Below are positions 13,261-27,219 of a stretch of DNA of 64,000 nucleotides, piece by piece; positions within the stretch are counted from its first letter, which is position 1; each line of letters begins with the position of its first letter. Both the position numbers and the translations under genes were made by a program. The notes beneath the pieces were generated by a model. It was not told where the DNA came from and made no database searches. It was given only the letters and a program-made list of their open reading frames with translations. Source of the DNA: Malacoraja senta (lineage: Eukaryota). The stretch covers positions 8,682,001 through 8,746,000 of the forward strand of contig CM075996.1 of NCBI GenBank assembly GCA_038087875.1, in the 5' to 3' direction.

Positions 13261-13874
13261 CACTTTCTGAAACCTCTTGAGGTGCCACCAACCAGGCCCA
13301 GTTTCTCTTCACGTCTCAGAGGCAGAGAAGACAGTTTCCCCTGGTGCTCTGGATCACCTCCTCCAATATTAACTCCCCTTCTCATTGTACTTTCCCAACT
13401 GCCAAGATGCAACGCTTGGCATTTTACCTCCGCCGTCCCCAAATGCAAGCCCCCAAATACCCACTTATTTGAATCTTTCAATTTAGCAGCCGGTATGAAC
13501 TGTGTATAATGCCAATCGCTCTACTATACACGAATTGGGTGATTACTTTGCAGAAAACTTCCGTTTTGGTCCCAGCTATTATCAGGGAATGAACCATCCT
13601 ATCAACAACTAGTGAGCAGTCCTGAGCTACTATCTACCTCATTGAAGACACTCGGACTATCTTTAATCAGATCTCACTGGACTTTATCTTGCACTAAACG
13701 CTATTTCCTTTATCATGTATCTGTACACTGTGGATGGCTCGATTGGTTAGCACGCAACAAATGCTTTTCACTGTACTTCGGTACATGTGACAATAAACTA
13801 AACTAAACTAGCTTTATGCCGGAGAAAGGGTCTGGGCACATCGCAGCCTTTTGGGTTTAACATATTCAGCAGCT

Positions 13875-14006
13875 TCAGTCTGAAGAAGGGTCTCGACCCG
13901 AAACGTTGCCTTTTTCCTTCGCTCCATAGATGCTGCCTCACCCGCTGAGTTTCTCCAGCATTTTTGTCTACCTTTGATTTTCCAGCATCTGCAGTTCCTT
14001 CTTAAA
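13875..14006 (+). mobile_element. Solo Penelope-terminal mini-element with intact hammerhead-like core (13880-13907)
   Basis: CTGAAGAAGGGTCTCGACCCGAAACGTT, flanked by cagcagct(t/c)ca direct repeats. Confidence 0.8.
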
Positions 14007-14879
14007 CAGCAGCTCCAAGCAGTTAGCAATTCTAACACTTGAGCGATTTCAGGAATTCCCCCCCAATTTTAATTTCTGATCATTGTTCTGTACCTATCCT
14101 GTGGGTTGGCTACTTTTGCTTTGACAATTGTGTTTTTCTCCCCTGCCTATAGATTTTCCTTTGTTCTTCCCTTCCATTCTACAAATCTAAAACCTATGCC
14201 TCATATTTCACCATGTGGATGAAAGATCATCAATCAGCTCTCTCTCTCTCCAAATGTGATGTGGTATGCTTACCATTTCCAACTATTTATGGGGGGGTTT
14301 TAGTTTCAAAGGCAGCTATTCAGTAGTCTCTGCAGTCACTGAATTCCTCGGTTCTCTCCTTAAGCCCCATAGGTTTAGTTTGTGAATATAACCTCTCTAA
14401 TGATTCATAATCCCATGCCTTAAATATCCCTCACTCTCAATAGAATCACAGCTCTGTTCTGCTACAGCTGCCGGTCTCTCCTCTGGTCACAAGCCTTTCA
14501 AAATCAGGTTGAAAATTGGTCAGATGGCAAACTGTGAGGGATTCATGCTGGTTTGATTCTCCAAACGTCTTTAAGTCACAGCAGAATGCTGATCCGTAAA
14601 TTCACTGCTGGTCTTCCTCATTGGGGATACCACTAGTGGCATGTTGGCCTTTATAACAAGAGGAGTTGAGTATAGGAGCAAAGAGGTCCTTCTGCAGTTG
14701 TACGGAGCCTTAGTGAGACCACACCTGGAGAATTGTCTCCAAATTTGAGGAAGGACATTCTTGCTATTTAGGGAGTGCAGCGTAGGTTCACAAGGTTAAT
14801 TCCTTCTCTCCAGATATGCTGCCTGTCCAGCTGAGTTAGCTTGATATCTATCCTACCAATGTTTTCTACAGCTGTAGCA

Positions 14880-16208
14880 CAATGCTTGCTGTTTCCGTAG
14901 CAGGTTAGGGTTTACGGGGTAGGGGTGCTAGTCCTACGCCCAACCCTCCTCCTTTGTCCGGGCTTGGGGTGTCCATAACCAGAGGCGGAGTCAGTCTTCA
15001 GACGAATGCAGCCAATATGGCCCAGTGGTGGGATATCCAAGATGCTAAAAGTCACGCTCTTCCAGTCCCGTAGTCCTCCCTACAGCCCTCTATGCCAGTG
15101 AGACATAGAAAATCAGTAGACCACCATGGGCGCCGGGGAGATGGCAGTCCTGCCGGCAGTCTGTTCGTTTTATCTTTTTATTTTTTATTTTTTAGTGCGT
15201 TAAGTTTGTTTGACCATTCTTCGGTATGTTTTATATGGGGGGAGGGGGGAGGGGATGGGGGGGAAACTTTTTTTCAGGTTCCTAGCTTCCCGGAGATGTG
15301 ATCAATTTTCGGATCACATTCTCGGGCTCTGCGGCCTTCCATCGATGGAGCTGGAGGCCTCCTCGGACTGTCGTGAGCCCCACAGCGGGGCGTGGAGTTA
15401 CCATCGGAGCTGATCCCTTGCCTGGGATCGCTCCCACTGCGGAATCAACATCAAGGGCTCGCAGTCTCGGGTGAGGCCGGGTCGGGAAGTTCCAACGTCG
15501 CGGAAGGCTCGATCAGCCCCAACTCGAGGTTCGATCACCCGGCGCGGGGGAGCTGACATCCCCCCCGATGCAGGAGCTTGATCGCTTCGATGCGGAGGGC
15601 CCGAACGCCACCGGCTATGGGAGCCAAGATCGTCCCGTCAACGGGGGCTCGAGGCTCCCGACCAAGGAAGAACTAAAGGAAGGACTTGAACTTTATTTTG
15701 CCTTCCATCACAGTGAGGAATGTGTAGGAGTCACTGTGGTGGATGTTCATGTTAAAATGTGTTTTTGAGTGATCTGTTGCTTTTAATTGTATGACTGACC
15801 TGGCCAATGAAATTCCTCGTATGTTGCAAAACATACTTGGCGAATAAAGTGTGATTCTGATTCTGAAATCAATGTGGAGATGAAAAATAAATTGGATGCA
15901 TTCCAACAATGCTGCTTGAGGAGGATCCTGAAGACCAGCTACAGAGACCACATCACAAACGAGGAGATCTACTGGGAAACTGCAACAAAGCTTCTCAGCC
16001 AGGATAGCAATGACATGGCAACCTGACGGAAGAAGGAAAAGAGGCGGACCAAAACTCACATGGAGGCAAACATTCCAGAAGGATTTGGAAGCCCGGGATG
16101 CTCTCCCTATCGAGGGTGGAGGACATCGCACACGACCGAACAGAATGGCGAAAGCTTGCTGCCCAATGCACTCAGCAGTGTGGGAGGAACTAAGTCTAAG
16201 TAGGTAAG
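14880..16208 (+). mobile_element. Rearranged RTE LINE: inverted 5' UTR piece plus ORF 3' end, interrupted by a GC-rich retroposon at about 15120-15865
   Basis: LDAFQQCCLRRILKTSYRDHITNEE and WQPDGRRKRGGPKLTW motifs, (TAAG) tail; RTE 5' UTR motif on the minus strand at 14886-14947. Confidence 0.65.
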
Positions 16209-16876
16209 CAGCACGATGTCCCAACTCTTACACACAATGAGAGATACAAAGTACCAGAGTAACTCAGCAGGCCAGGAAGCATTTCTGGAGAACATGGACA
16301 GGTGATGTTTCAGGGTCAGGACCCATCTTAAGATTGCACTGAAGATTCAGACTGCACATTCTTACACAATACACTGGCCTATTAAGGCAAGATATCAAAT
16401 GCTCTTTTCACTACCCTAGCCACCTGTGCCGCTACTTTCAGGGAGCTATGAACCTCCCAAGGTCCCTCTGTACATCAACATGTGTAAGTTCCCTGCTATT
16501 TACTGTATATGTCCAATTCAACTTCTCCAAATGCATTAGCTCACACCTGCCTGGGTTAAATGTGCTCCTGTAACCACGTCACCCAACCCTCCACTCATCT
16601 ATGTCTCACTTGTTTGAAAACTACCTCCTTCACTCACCACAACTCCACCAATGCTTGCGTCATCTGAAGACTTGCTAATCATGCTCCCTGCATTCCTATC
16701 CAAGTCTAGAAAGTTAGATATATTTTTTGCAAACAAAAAATGTGTGACAACTGTGATTCAACAATCCTTTGAAAACATCACAGGGTCCTTACAACAACGT
16801 GTTTTTATGGGATCGGATGTAATTGGGTAAAAACTGGAATCAGTTCAGAGGAAGGAAATAAGAGGGGCGATGCTAA

Positions 16877-17350
16877 GACAATAGACAATAGGTGCAGGAG
16901 TAGGCCATGCGGCCCTTCGAGCCAGCACCGCCATTCATTGTGATCATGGCTGATCATCCACAATCAGTACCCTGTTCCTGCCTTCTCCCCATATCCCCTG
17001 ACTCCGCTATTTTTAAGAGCCCTATCTAGCTCTCTCTTGAAAGCATCCAGGGAACCTGCCTCCACCGCCCTCTGAGGCAGAGAATTCCACAGACTCACCA
17101 CTCTCTGTGAGGAAAAAGTGTTTCCTTGTCTCCGCTCTAAATGGCTTACCCCTTATTCTTAAATTGTGGCCCATGGTTCTGGACTCCCCCAACATCGGGA
17201 ACATGTTTCCTGCCTCTAGCGTGTCCAAACCCTTAACAATCTTATATGTTTCAATGAGATCCCCTCTCACCCTTCTAAACTCCAGAGTGTACAAACCCAG
17301 CTGCTTCATTCTCTCAGCATATGACAGTCCCGCCATCCCGGGAATTAACC
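16877..17350 (-). mobile_element. CR1 LINE 3' end
   Basis: RLIPGMAGLSYAER...RGDLIETYKI translation and (TAGACAA)n tail. Confidence 0.9.
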
Positions 17351-17389
17351 TAAGCTTAATCAAGTTTTTCCAAAGATGGAAGAAGTGCT

Positions 17390-17708
17390 TTCAGTTTAGT
17401 TTATTGTCACGTGTACAGTGAAAATCTTTTGTTGCGTGCTAACCAGTCAGTGGAAAGACTAGACATGATTACAATTGAGCCACCCACAGTGTAAGATACA
17501 TGACAAAGGGAATAACATTTAGTGCATGATAAAGTCAGTAAAGTCTGATTAAAGATAGTCCGAGGGTCTCCAATGAGGTAGATAGTAGCTCAGGACCGCT
17601 CTCTAGTTGTTGGTAGGATGGTTCAGTTGCCTGATAACAGCTGGGAAGAAACTATCCCTGAATCTGGAGGTGTGCGTTTTCACACTTGTACACCTCTTAC
17701 CTGATGGT
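17390..17708 (-). mobile_element. Rex1/Babar-like LINE 3' end (other copies at about 13575-13810 + and 51030-51315 +)
   Basis: LPSGKRCTSVKTHTSRFRDSFFPAVIRQLN motif; tail gtacacgtgacaataaactaaac. Confidence 0.7.
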
Positions 17709-18289
17709 AGAGTAGAGTTCCAGGCATCGCCAGCTGAAGACATAGCAGTAGAGCGTAACACAATCAAGAGCAGCACAGACATGAGGGGGAGCGTTGCCAT
17801 GGAGAGAAGTTAGAAAATATGGATGGGAATTTCTAAATGAAGTTGTTGCTTTGCCAGAAGCCCAAGCAGGTCAGCAAGCACCGGGGGTGTATTGGGCAAA
17901 TGGTATTTAGGGCACGAGGGCATGGAGCAGAGTTGATGCTGATTTGTGGTTGATTAAAAATTGGATGTTGGTGACAAGTACTTTGGAATCGATTGGTAGA
18001 AGTTTTCAGTAACAGGTGAGCTGAGGGGAGTGACACAAGAGACTGTAGATGGTGGGACCTGGGGCAAAGCACAAAGTGCTGGAGTCAGGACCTTTCCTCA
18101 GATTGAGGTAGATTCACGAGTGATGCAAAATTACGGAGGTGGAAGTCAGCAGCATTTGGCATGTTGATGTGCGTTTGTGGCCAGAAGCTCGTCTTGTGAT
18201 TAATATGACACCAGCATTGTGAACAGTCTGGCTCAGTTTCAGAAATCTGCACGTGAGAGGATAGGAATTGTTTTTTGTTTTTTTTGAGA

Positions 18290-18595
18290 GGTACAGCGCG
18301 TAAACAGGCCCTTCAGCTCACCGGGTCCGCTCCAACCAGCAATCCCCACATATTAACACTATCCTACACTCACAAGGGCCAATTTTTACATTTACCAAAC
18401 CAATTAACCTACAAACCTGTACGTCTTTGGAATGTGGGAGGAAGCCGAAGATCTCGGGAAAAACCCACACAGCCAGCCACGGGGAGAATGTGCAAACTCC
18501 GTACAGACAGCACCCATAGTCAGGATCAAACCCAGCTTGCCGACGCTACAAGCGCTGTAAGGCAGTAAGTCTACCGCAGCGCCACTGTGCCGCCC
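18290..18595 (-). mobile_element. tRNA-derived SINE (HE1-like)
   Basis: Family match. Confidence 0.8.
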
Positions 18596-19490
18596 ACAAA
18601 GTTAGGACGGGAGGCAAAGCCCTTAAACTTTGATCTTTCCAACATTTAGTTGAAGGACAATGTGCATCCAGAAACTAGGCGACAGACGAGAGATGATGGC
18701 CAGGAACCACCCCCCCCCCCCCAACTCCCCACCCCCCGAGTTCCATCAGCGCACATGTGGAAGCCAAGGTTTCTAAATGATATTCCTAAGGGGCAGTGTC
18801 ATGATAAACAAAAATGAAGAGAACCAGATATTAAATTCATGTTCATGTCACGAGCAGAATTAGGCCATTCGACTCATGGCTGATCTATCTTTCACGCTCA
18901 ACACCATTCTTGTGCTTTCTCCCCGTAACCTTCGACACCCGTACTAATGAAGAACCTGACAATCTGCGCTTTAAAAATACTCAAAGACAACAGCAACGAG
19001 TCTATGTGAACGTGAAGGGAAATCAACTGCAAGCAATTTCCTGGCTGCAAATGGATAGTTAATAATAGAACTGTGCAGGTACAGATATCCACACAGAGCA
19101 AAGGTGAAGAGAGGCTGAAGGTGATCTAGCTAACCATGCCAGAGGCTGGAGGCAGCTCGTGAAGGAATGGTTTCCAGTCAGTCCAATAAAATGTCACATG
19201 AATTGAAACATCATGACCCGAGTGTCATTTCAGTCTTCTGACCTGGGCAGAAACTTGATAATTAGAAAAGGGAGAAGAAATGGAGGTAAGTTTCAATCTA
19301 TGGATGTTACAGTCAAGGTAGTCAAATGGGCTTTCAAATACTATCCTGTTCTGCTCAAATAATCCAGCTCACCCTGAAACCCGCTGCTTCTATACCAAAT
19401 TACCAGGGACCATTATTATTACCCATCCATGAGCCTTGCATTTCTATTCTCTTCTGATCCAACATCAGATTAATTTTAACATTTATGAGC

Positions 19491-19779
19491 AGCACGGTGG
19501 CGCAGCAGTAGAGCTGCTGCCTTACAGCGCCAGAGACCCAGGTTCGATCCTGACTGTCTGTGCCGTGTTTGTACGTTCTCCCTGTGACTGGTTTACCCCG
19601 GATGCGGCAGTTTCCTCCCATACTCCAAAGACGTACAAATTTGTATGCTTTGGCAAAAATAAATTTTAAATTATCCCTAGTGTGTAGGATTGTGCTAGTG
19701 TAAGGGGGTTACAGGTCAGCATGGACTCAGTGGGCTGAAGGGCCTGTTTTCTCGCTGTATCTCTAAATTAAACTAAACA
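19491..19779 (+). mobile_element. tRNA-derived SINE (HE1-like)
   Basis: Family match with (CTAAA) tail. Confidence 0.85.
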
Positions 19780-20975
19780 TTTACATCCTTATATAAAGAT
19801 ATCTTTCCATGTCCTTATTCGTCCCTTTCCATGTAATAATCTTAAGACTTCCAATCCTCTGGATTCTTTAGACTAAGAGTTACACAACACAGAAATATGC
19901 CCTTCGGCCCATCTTGCCCATGCCGACCAATAAACCCAGCTATGCAAGTCCCACTGCCTGCATTTGGCCCATATCCTTTTGAACCTTTCCATGTCCAAAC
20001 TCTGACCTTTTTGTAGAAACAAAGAACTGCAGATGCTAGTTTACCATGGAAAGACACAAAATGCTGCAGTAACTCAGCTGTTCAGGCAGCATCTAGAGAG
20101 AACATGGATAGGTGAAGTTTCGGGCTGGGTCTCTTCTTCAGAAAGGTCCAGAGACGAAAGGTCATCTATCCCTCCGATTTACTCTAAGTTACTCCAGCAC
20201 GTTGTGTCCGACCTTATTGTACACTCCGCATGGTTCCCTGCACCATCAGCCATTAGGAGCAGCTTTTTTGTATCTACCTTACCCACACCAGGGATAATCC
20301 AGTCCACCTCCACCAAATGACAAGCTGGTCAAGAAAACATCAAAATGGTCAAGCCTGAAGCTAACAAAAGCATGGGCTTGGATTTCAGTGGAGAAATGTA
20401 TCATGTAAAAGATGGAATAGTTTATTGTAACACTGCTCACATCTAATCTTTCTTCAGCATCACCCCCAGACGTTCCATCTGCTTCCCCATTAATGTGCAT
20501 CATGTCTATGCTGTTCAGAATTGCAGACAATGTCAGACTATGTCCTGTAAAGTTGTCCCAACAGCATTCCTTCCCTGGGCCTTCACACAAAGTAGAACCG
20601 TTCTGACTGCTCCACCCCCTTCATTCCTCATCCCCTTCCGCTCTATTTGTCAAACCTAAACTGTCTTTATAAATCATACTGCAGTCAATCGCTTGAGTAT
20701 GTGTTGGAAGGAACTGCAGATGCTGGTTTACACTGAAGATAAGACACAAAATGCTGGAGTAACTCAGTGGGACAGCCAGCATCTCTGGAGAGAAGGAATG
20801 GGTGAGATTTTGGGTAAATGCTCCAACTTTTTGGGTCTATCTAAGCCTAAATGAAGCATGTAATGATGCCAGAGTATGGTCTGAGAAATGATAGTTTTAA
20901 AAATCAACAGTAGATGAGAAAAAAATAATAAAGAGATGAAGATTGGATTCTATATTTGTGTTAAAGTCAGAGTAA

Positions 20976-21158
20976 AGGGCCTGTCCCACTTGGGCGTCAT
21001 TTGCGCGTCACACAGATGGCGTGTGAAGATTTTGTACATCCCAAAATCCTGGGGCGCCGCTCGCGACCGCGCGTCACTGCCTACGTCACCACGCACCATG
21101 ACGACCAAGTGACGCGTAAATTATGTCGCGTAAATGACACCCAAGTGGGACAGGCCCT
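20976..21158. mobile_element. PIF/Harbinger-type MITE, family A (short)
   Basis: TIR AGGGCCTGTCCCACTTGGGCGTCATTT; TAA TSD on both sides. Confidence 0.85.
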
Positions 21159-21489
21159 TAACCCCAGCATTTTGAGTCAATCCCTTGAGTCAACTTTCTT
21201 ATTCTTCTGAAGATGTAATGATCTTTTCCTGCAGGTTATTCCTTGTCCCCCAGTATCAGTGCATTGGAATCTGGACTAACCTGGTCCACATTAAAGCACC
21301 GCTCCCCTCCCTCCAGCTACAATTTGCAAACTTCTAAAACAAGCACTAGGCGTCAGCTTATCGCTGCCTCCTTAACCTGATCCCACAACTGCAAAAATAC
21401 CACAGACACTAGAAATCTGAAACTCAAGCAGAAAACGCTGGAAACAAGTAGACCAGTCCTCGTGGAAAGAAAGAGTTTCAGGTCAGTAA

Positions 21490-22041
21490 AGGGCCTGTCC
21501 CACTTGGGCGTCATTTACGTGACAGGCCGGTAGTGACAGTCGCGCGCCAAGTGCTCTTGAGGGCCCTGCTTCTTTTGGGAGCCATTTGCGATGTCGTTCG
21601 TACTTAGTCCGATCTCCATGGCAAGGATTTTCCCAGCGAAATTTTTTCAAAACTACGAGCGCTTTATACCCGGGTGGTCACGTGGTGCGGCACTCAAATG
21701 ATGCGCAAATGGCGCGCCGACGGCGTATGGGCGGCTCATGGTTACGGACGTTGACGCACGGTGACGCATAATAAATTAGCGTAGGCAATGTTCGTGCGTC
21801 ACCATGCATAACCATGCGTCACCACGCGTTACACGTACGCCGTCAGTATGCCAGCGTACGCCATCAGTACGTCAACGTGCGCAAGGGATACGTCAAGCAG
21901 GTGGCGCGCGAGGATTTTGAGCATTACAAAATCCTGGGGCGCCATGTGTTACCGCGCGTCACTGCATACGCCACCACGCCTCATCACGCGCAACCAATTT
22001 TTAGGATGTCGCGTAAATGACGCCCAAGTGGGACTGGCCCT
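21490..22041. mobile_element. PIF/Harbinger-type MITE, family A (long)
   Basis: Same TIR and TAA TSD; CpG-rich interior. Confidence 0.85.
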
Positions 22042-23107
22042 TAACTGTTCACCAGTTCTGATGAAACGTCATCAAGTTAAACAGTGGCCTCCAGATATAT
22101 TTTCAGCAATCCTACTTTTAACGTTTCCCTCAGCATGGTGGGTGCCTCACATGCCACAAAAGAAGCCCGGCATATTTTGGTAGACAGGAGAAACAATATA
22201 GACAGCAACAGACGGATCTGTCTGCACGTTCACAGATCAGTGAAGATGCAGAACACATTGATCTATAACCCTCCATTCCCTACGTATTCATGAGTACATC
22301 TAAAAGCCTCTTAAATACCACGATCATGTTTGCCTCCACCACCACCCCTGGCAGCTCGTTCCAAGCACCCACCACCCTGTATAATAATCCAGCTCCACAC
22401 ATCTTCTTTAAACTTTGCCCCTCTCACATTAAAGCTATGACCTCTAGTCCTTGACATTTCCACCCGGGGGGAAAAAAGGTTCCGATTATCTTTGCTTCTG
22501 GTAAATTTAAATACTTCTATCAGCTCGCCTATCAGCCTGCGAAAAAGCAATCTAAGTCTGTCCAATCTCCCCTTACACCCTCTAATCCACGCAGCATTCT
22601 GGTCAACCTCTTCTGCACAAGCTTCCACATTCTTCCTGTAATGGGGTGACCAGAACTTCACACGTGGAGACAGCAATCACAACCCAGAAAGGTTTATGGG
22701 CTTTGTAAGAAGAAATCACAAATACAAAGGCAGGATAATTACACTGAAGATGAGATACAAGGAACTGCAGATGCTGGTTTACAAAAATGAAGACACAAAA
22801 TGCCAAGTTACTCCAGCACTGTGTGTCTGTAACTACACTGAACTTCTGTAAAGCACGGATTTTACAACAAGTGAATCATTGGCTGCCATACTTTAGAAAG
22901 GATGAGAGAGGATCCTTAACAGAATGGTTCCAGTGATAAAGGCTTTTAGTTACAAGGTAAGGTTGGAGAGGCTAGGATGGTTTGCCTTGCATGATGGAAG
23001 TTGAAGGGAGATTTGTTAGGGAGCTGGACAAGATTATGCCTGGCAGATACAGAAAAAACTGTTCCTTTTGGATGATGATGCACCAGGGAAGACATATTCT
23101 GTGTCTT

Positions 23108-23462
23108 CTTCTTGCGAATGAAACATAAACCAAAGGAATAGTTAGATCTCAAGCCGGGTGTTGAGCAGCCAGGTTGTTGTCTCTGTTGGCGTCAATGTCT
23201 GCCAGGCCCTGAGCTCCATTTGGTGGGTGGTAGAGCAGGCACCCAGAGATGACATGGTAGGCTGTCTGTTGTTCTGCTCCGCATTCACAGGCTGGGCTCT
23301 GGCGGAGCCCCCATCTCCACATGCTGGCATTGAAACGCCCAACTCCAGTACCAACCAAGTCTGTTGAGCTTCACCCATGCTCCTCTGGGGAGGTCAGACC
23401 CCGGACAGCATTTATCTGGTGAAGAGATGTAGCTGTGTAATGGAGATAAGGTTGCCTTCCAC
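23108..23462 (-). mobile_element. Truncated I-group (Vingi/Ingi-like) LINE 3' end
   Basis: WVKLNRL..GVGRFNASMWRWGLRQSPACECGAEQQTAYHVISGC zinc knuckle, (GAA)n tail, 9-bp TSD ctgtgtctt. Confidence 0.65.
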
Positions 23463-24015
23463 CTGTGTCTTAGGCACAAGAAATAGAAGGGGTGAGGCAG
23501 AATTGAGGTGATGACCTATTACTCTAGACACAAGAGTTTTGGTGAAAGTGAAAGGGAAATAAAGTTGTAGGAGTGGGCGACAGAGCAAGGATTGGCACTG
23601 ACCCACCGCGTCAAACCAATTCTTGAAAATATAAATTAACAAATTTGCAATCAAAACTGCAAAACAAAAATCTAATCTTTCATTTATCCCCCCTGCCACA
23701 CTTCTCGTTCTTCCCCAACCAGTAAACCCAATGTCCCTCTATCCATCACCAGCAAAGATCATATCAATATATGAAAAATGGCAGGCGTTGTACACCACTC
23801 CCCCTCGAGCCTGCCCCAAAATCAGCCCTGACAATTCACAATTTATGTTCGCTGAATGTTATTCAAGTTTATAAATTAACTGTTATGGGGGTTATGGATC
23901 AATGAATTGTCACAGGCAGCTACAGTGTTTAACAAATTAAGAATAATGCACATTACCCCAAAAGATCACCTGTATACTTGCAGCTCTGAAACACAGGTTA
24001 AAGCATTTCATACGC

Positions 24016-24260
24016 AGTGGCGCAGCGGTAGAGTTGCTGCTTCACAACGCCAGAGTCCCGAGTTCGTTCCTGACTACGGGTGCTGTCTGTATGGAGTTTG
24101 TACATTCTCCGTGACTGTGTGGGTTTTCTCCGGGTGCTCCTCCAACAGTCTAAAGACGTACAGGATTGTAGGTTAATTGGCTTTGGTGATCGCTGCTCGC
24201 CAAGGACTCTGTGGGACGTAAAGCCTGTTTCCGCACGGTATCACTGAAGTCTAAAGTCAA
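24016..24260 (+). mobile_element. tRNA-derived SINE (HE1-like, internally deleted)
   Basis: Family match. Confidence 0.75.
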
Positions 24261-24761
24261 AAACACCACAGACCGAGTGCTGAAGCTTTGGAAAGGGAGG
24301 CAGTGGGTGATGGTTGTGGAAAGGAGAAAGGGATCTGTACACAGTCTATACGGCAGACAGAATTCCTGATTCACCCTTTTCAGTGGCTGGAGCTGGAAAC
24401 TCTGGCAGACAGGGGCGTTTTATTGCCATGATCAGTGTGCCAATGTAACAACACTAATTTGCATCAATGTCAAGAGACTGAATGACTCCCTTTTTGCAAA
24501 CCCCCCCTCCCTGCTCCAGAGCAATTCCCAGCACCATGTTCTGTTCACATCTGTTAATGCATCATAGAGCGCTCAACATGCAGGATCATTTTCCAGGTGT
24601 GGCAATGTGGAGAGGCGCAAGAAGTTTATTTTAATATTTTAATTGGTTTTCTCCCTCGTTTCCCAACAGATTGACCAAGAGCAGTGATTCATGAAGTGCA
24701 CTCTTCATTTGAACATTGACAAATGGGGCGAGGTATCTTATCTTAACTGCCACAAGAGGAC

Positions 24762-25056
24762 TTAGTTTAGATTAGAGATACAGCGCAGAAACAGGACCTT
24801 CGGCCCACCGAGTCCAATGATCCCCACACACTAACACTATCCTACACACACTACGAACAATTTACAATTTTACCAAGCTAATTAACCTACAAACCGGTGG
24901 TGTGTCTTTGGAGTGTGGGAGGAAATTGGAGCACTGAAACTGGAGAACAGCCACACAGATCACGGGGAGAACGTACAAACTCCACACAGACAGTGCCCGT
25001 AGTCAGGATCGAACCCAGTACCCAGCAACTTTACCGCTGCCTCACCGTGCTGCCCT
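24762..25056 (-). mobile_element. tRNA-derived SINE (HE1-like)
   Basis: Family match. Confidence 0.8.
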
Positions 25057-26444
25057 GTTTAGCTGTTTGAAGTCAACCAAATGAGGGTAAGCAGCTGGAG
25101 TCAATGGAATCAACCCAGAATTGCTACAGAACAACCACCCACAGGGAAGCAAGTGGCAAGTAAAACTGTTACTCAAACATCGCACCAACACGACTCCAGA
25201 CACCTGACACACCTACAACATGGCGGCCGTGCCTAGTCAGGGTAGCCATGGAGTTCTAGTCAGCTACTATATAGAATGAACCGCCAGAGGAGGTAGTTGA
25301 AGCAGGTACTATAACAACATTTAAAGACATTTGAACAGGTACTTGAAGAGGAAAGGCTTAGAGGCATATCGGGCAAACGCGGCAGGTGGGATGAATGTAG
25401 ATGGGGCATCGTGTCAGCATAGGCAAGTTGGGCCAAAGGGGCTGATTCTGTGCTGTATAACTCTATCCCTTCACTGTGCTCCCAAACACAGATGCTCGAG
25501 GGGCAACCCTGCTAACAAACCCAGAAGCTGCTATACTCTCACAACTCTCACTGTCTGAAGAAAGGTTCAAACCCAAAACGTCACCTATTCCTTTTCTTCA
25601 GTGTGCTAGCAGACCCGCTGATTTACTCCAGCACTTTGTGTCTGTAATCTCACAACAGGCAGGTTTTCACAGAAGGGGCAACTGCACCATCTTGTCAGTG
25701 ACCACTCAGGAGTGAAGCCATTTCCTCGGAGCACCAGAAGGCAGAGGCAACGTGCACTGACCTCACTCGTGCCTGTGCTGTCATGTGGAGCATAGTCAGG
25801 GAGCTGGCACTGTCCAACATAACCTGCATGAAAACTGGGAGCTCATTAACCTAGCAACAGGACACTTCCCTATAAACCTTGAAGATCACATCAACCACCC
25901 ACAGAGTTCTGTCCTGGAACTGCCCTCCTCAAGTGACCTCTCTACTGCACACTAATATCTTCTAATGATGACAGCATCGGATGACCAGGGGAACAAACTG
26001 GAGATGCTGATCTTTTTGTCTATCTTCCATATATGCCAGCATCTGCAGTTCCTTTCGACCAATGTTGAAAAACACTGCTAGAAATGCCATATTCTTTGGA
26101 AGTTTTATTTCGTGAAACAAAGGCTTCAACAATTATTCTCTTGCTGACTGTTGAATAACGTGAAAGCAAGGGATGCAAAACGTCCAGTTCTGTGATGGGA
26201 CACTCACACAGGCTCCTTCATGAAAAATACCGTAGCAACACGGTGCCCTGACTCACTGACAAACACTCCCACAATGTCTGATCTAAGGGCCAGAGTTCCA
26301 GGGGAGGTTGGACAGACTCGGACTTCATTCAGTTTAGTTTATTGTTACGTGCACCGAGGTACAGTGAAAAGTTTTTGCTGCATGCTAACCAGTCAGTAGC
26401 AAGACAAAACATGATTACATTTGCAGTGTACAGATACATGATAA

Positions 26445-27219
26445 ATGTGAGGTTATCCACTTTGGTAGCAAAAACAGGAAGGCAGATTACTATCTGGGTG
26501 TCAAGTTGGGAAAAGGGGAAGTACTACGGGATCTGGGGGTCCTTGTACATCAGTCTATGAAAGTAAGCATGCAGGTACAGCAGGCAGTGAAGAAAGCAAA
26601 TGGCATGTTGGCCTTTATAACAAGAGGAATCGAATATAGGAGCAAAGAGGTCATTCTGCAGTTGTACAGAGCCCTAGTGAGACCATTGTGTGCAGTTTTG
26701 GTCCCCTAATTTGAGGAAGGAGATTCTTGCTATTGAGGGAGTGCAGTGTAGGTTTATAAGGTTAATTCCCGGGATGGCGGGACTGTCATATGCTGAGAGA
26801 ATGGAGCAGCTGGGCTTGTACACTCTGGAGTTTAGAAGGATGAGAGGATATCTCATTGAAACATATAAGATTGTTAAGGGTTTGGACACGCTAGAGGCAG
26901 GAAACATGTTCCCGATGTTGGGGGAATCCAGAACCAGGGGCCACAGTTTAAGAATAAGAAGTAAGCCATTCAGAACGGAGACGAGGAAACACTTTTTCTC
27001 ACAGAGAGTGGAATTCTCTGCCTCAGAGGGCGGTGGAGGCGGGTTCTCTGGGTGCTTTCAAGAGAGAGCTAGATAGGGCTCTTAAAATAGTGGAGTCAGG
27101 GGATATGGGGGAGAAGGCAGGAACGGGATACTGATTGGGGATGATCAGCCATGATCACATTGAATGGCGGTGCTGGCTCGAAGGGCCGAATGGCCTACTC
27201 CTGCACCTATTGTCTATTG
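26445..27219 (+). mobile_element. CR1 LINE 3' part
   Basis: DLGVLVHQSMKVSMQVQQAVKKANGMLAFI...FWSPNLRK translation and 3' UTR. Confidence 0.9.

Noticed and set aside
20279..20590. 103-aa ORF in unique intronic sequence
   Set aside because: No recognisable homology, no ATG start and no convincing splice signals.
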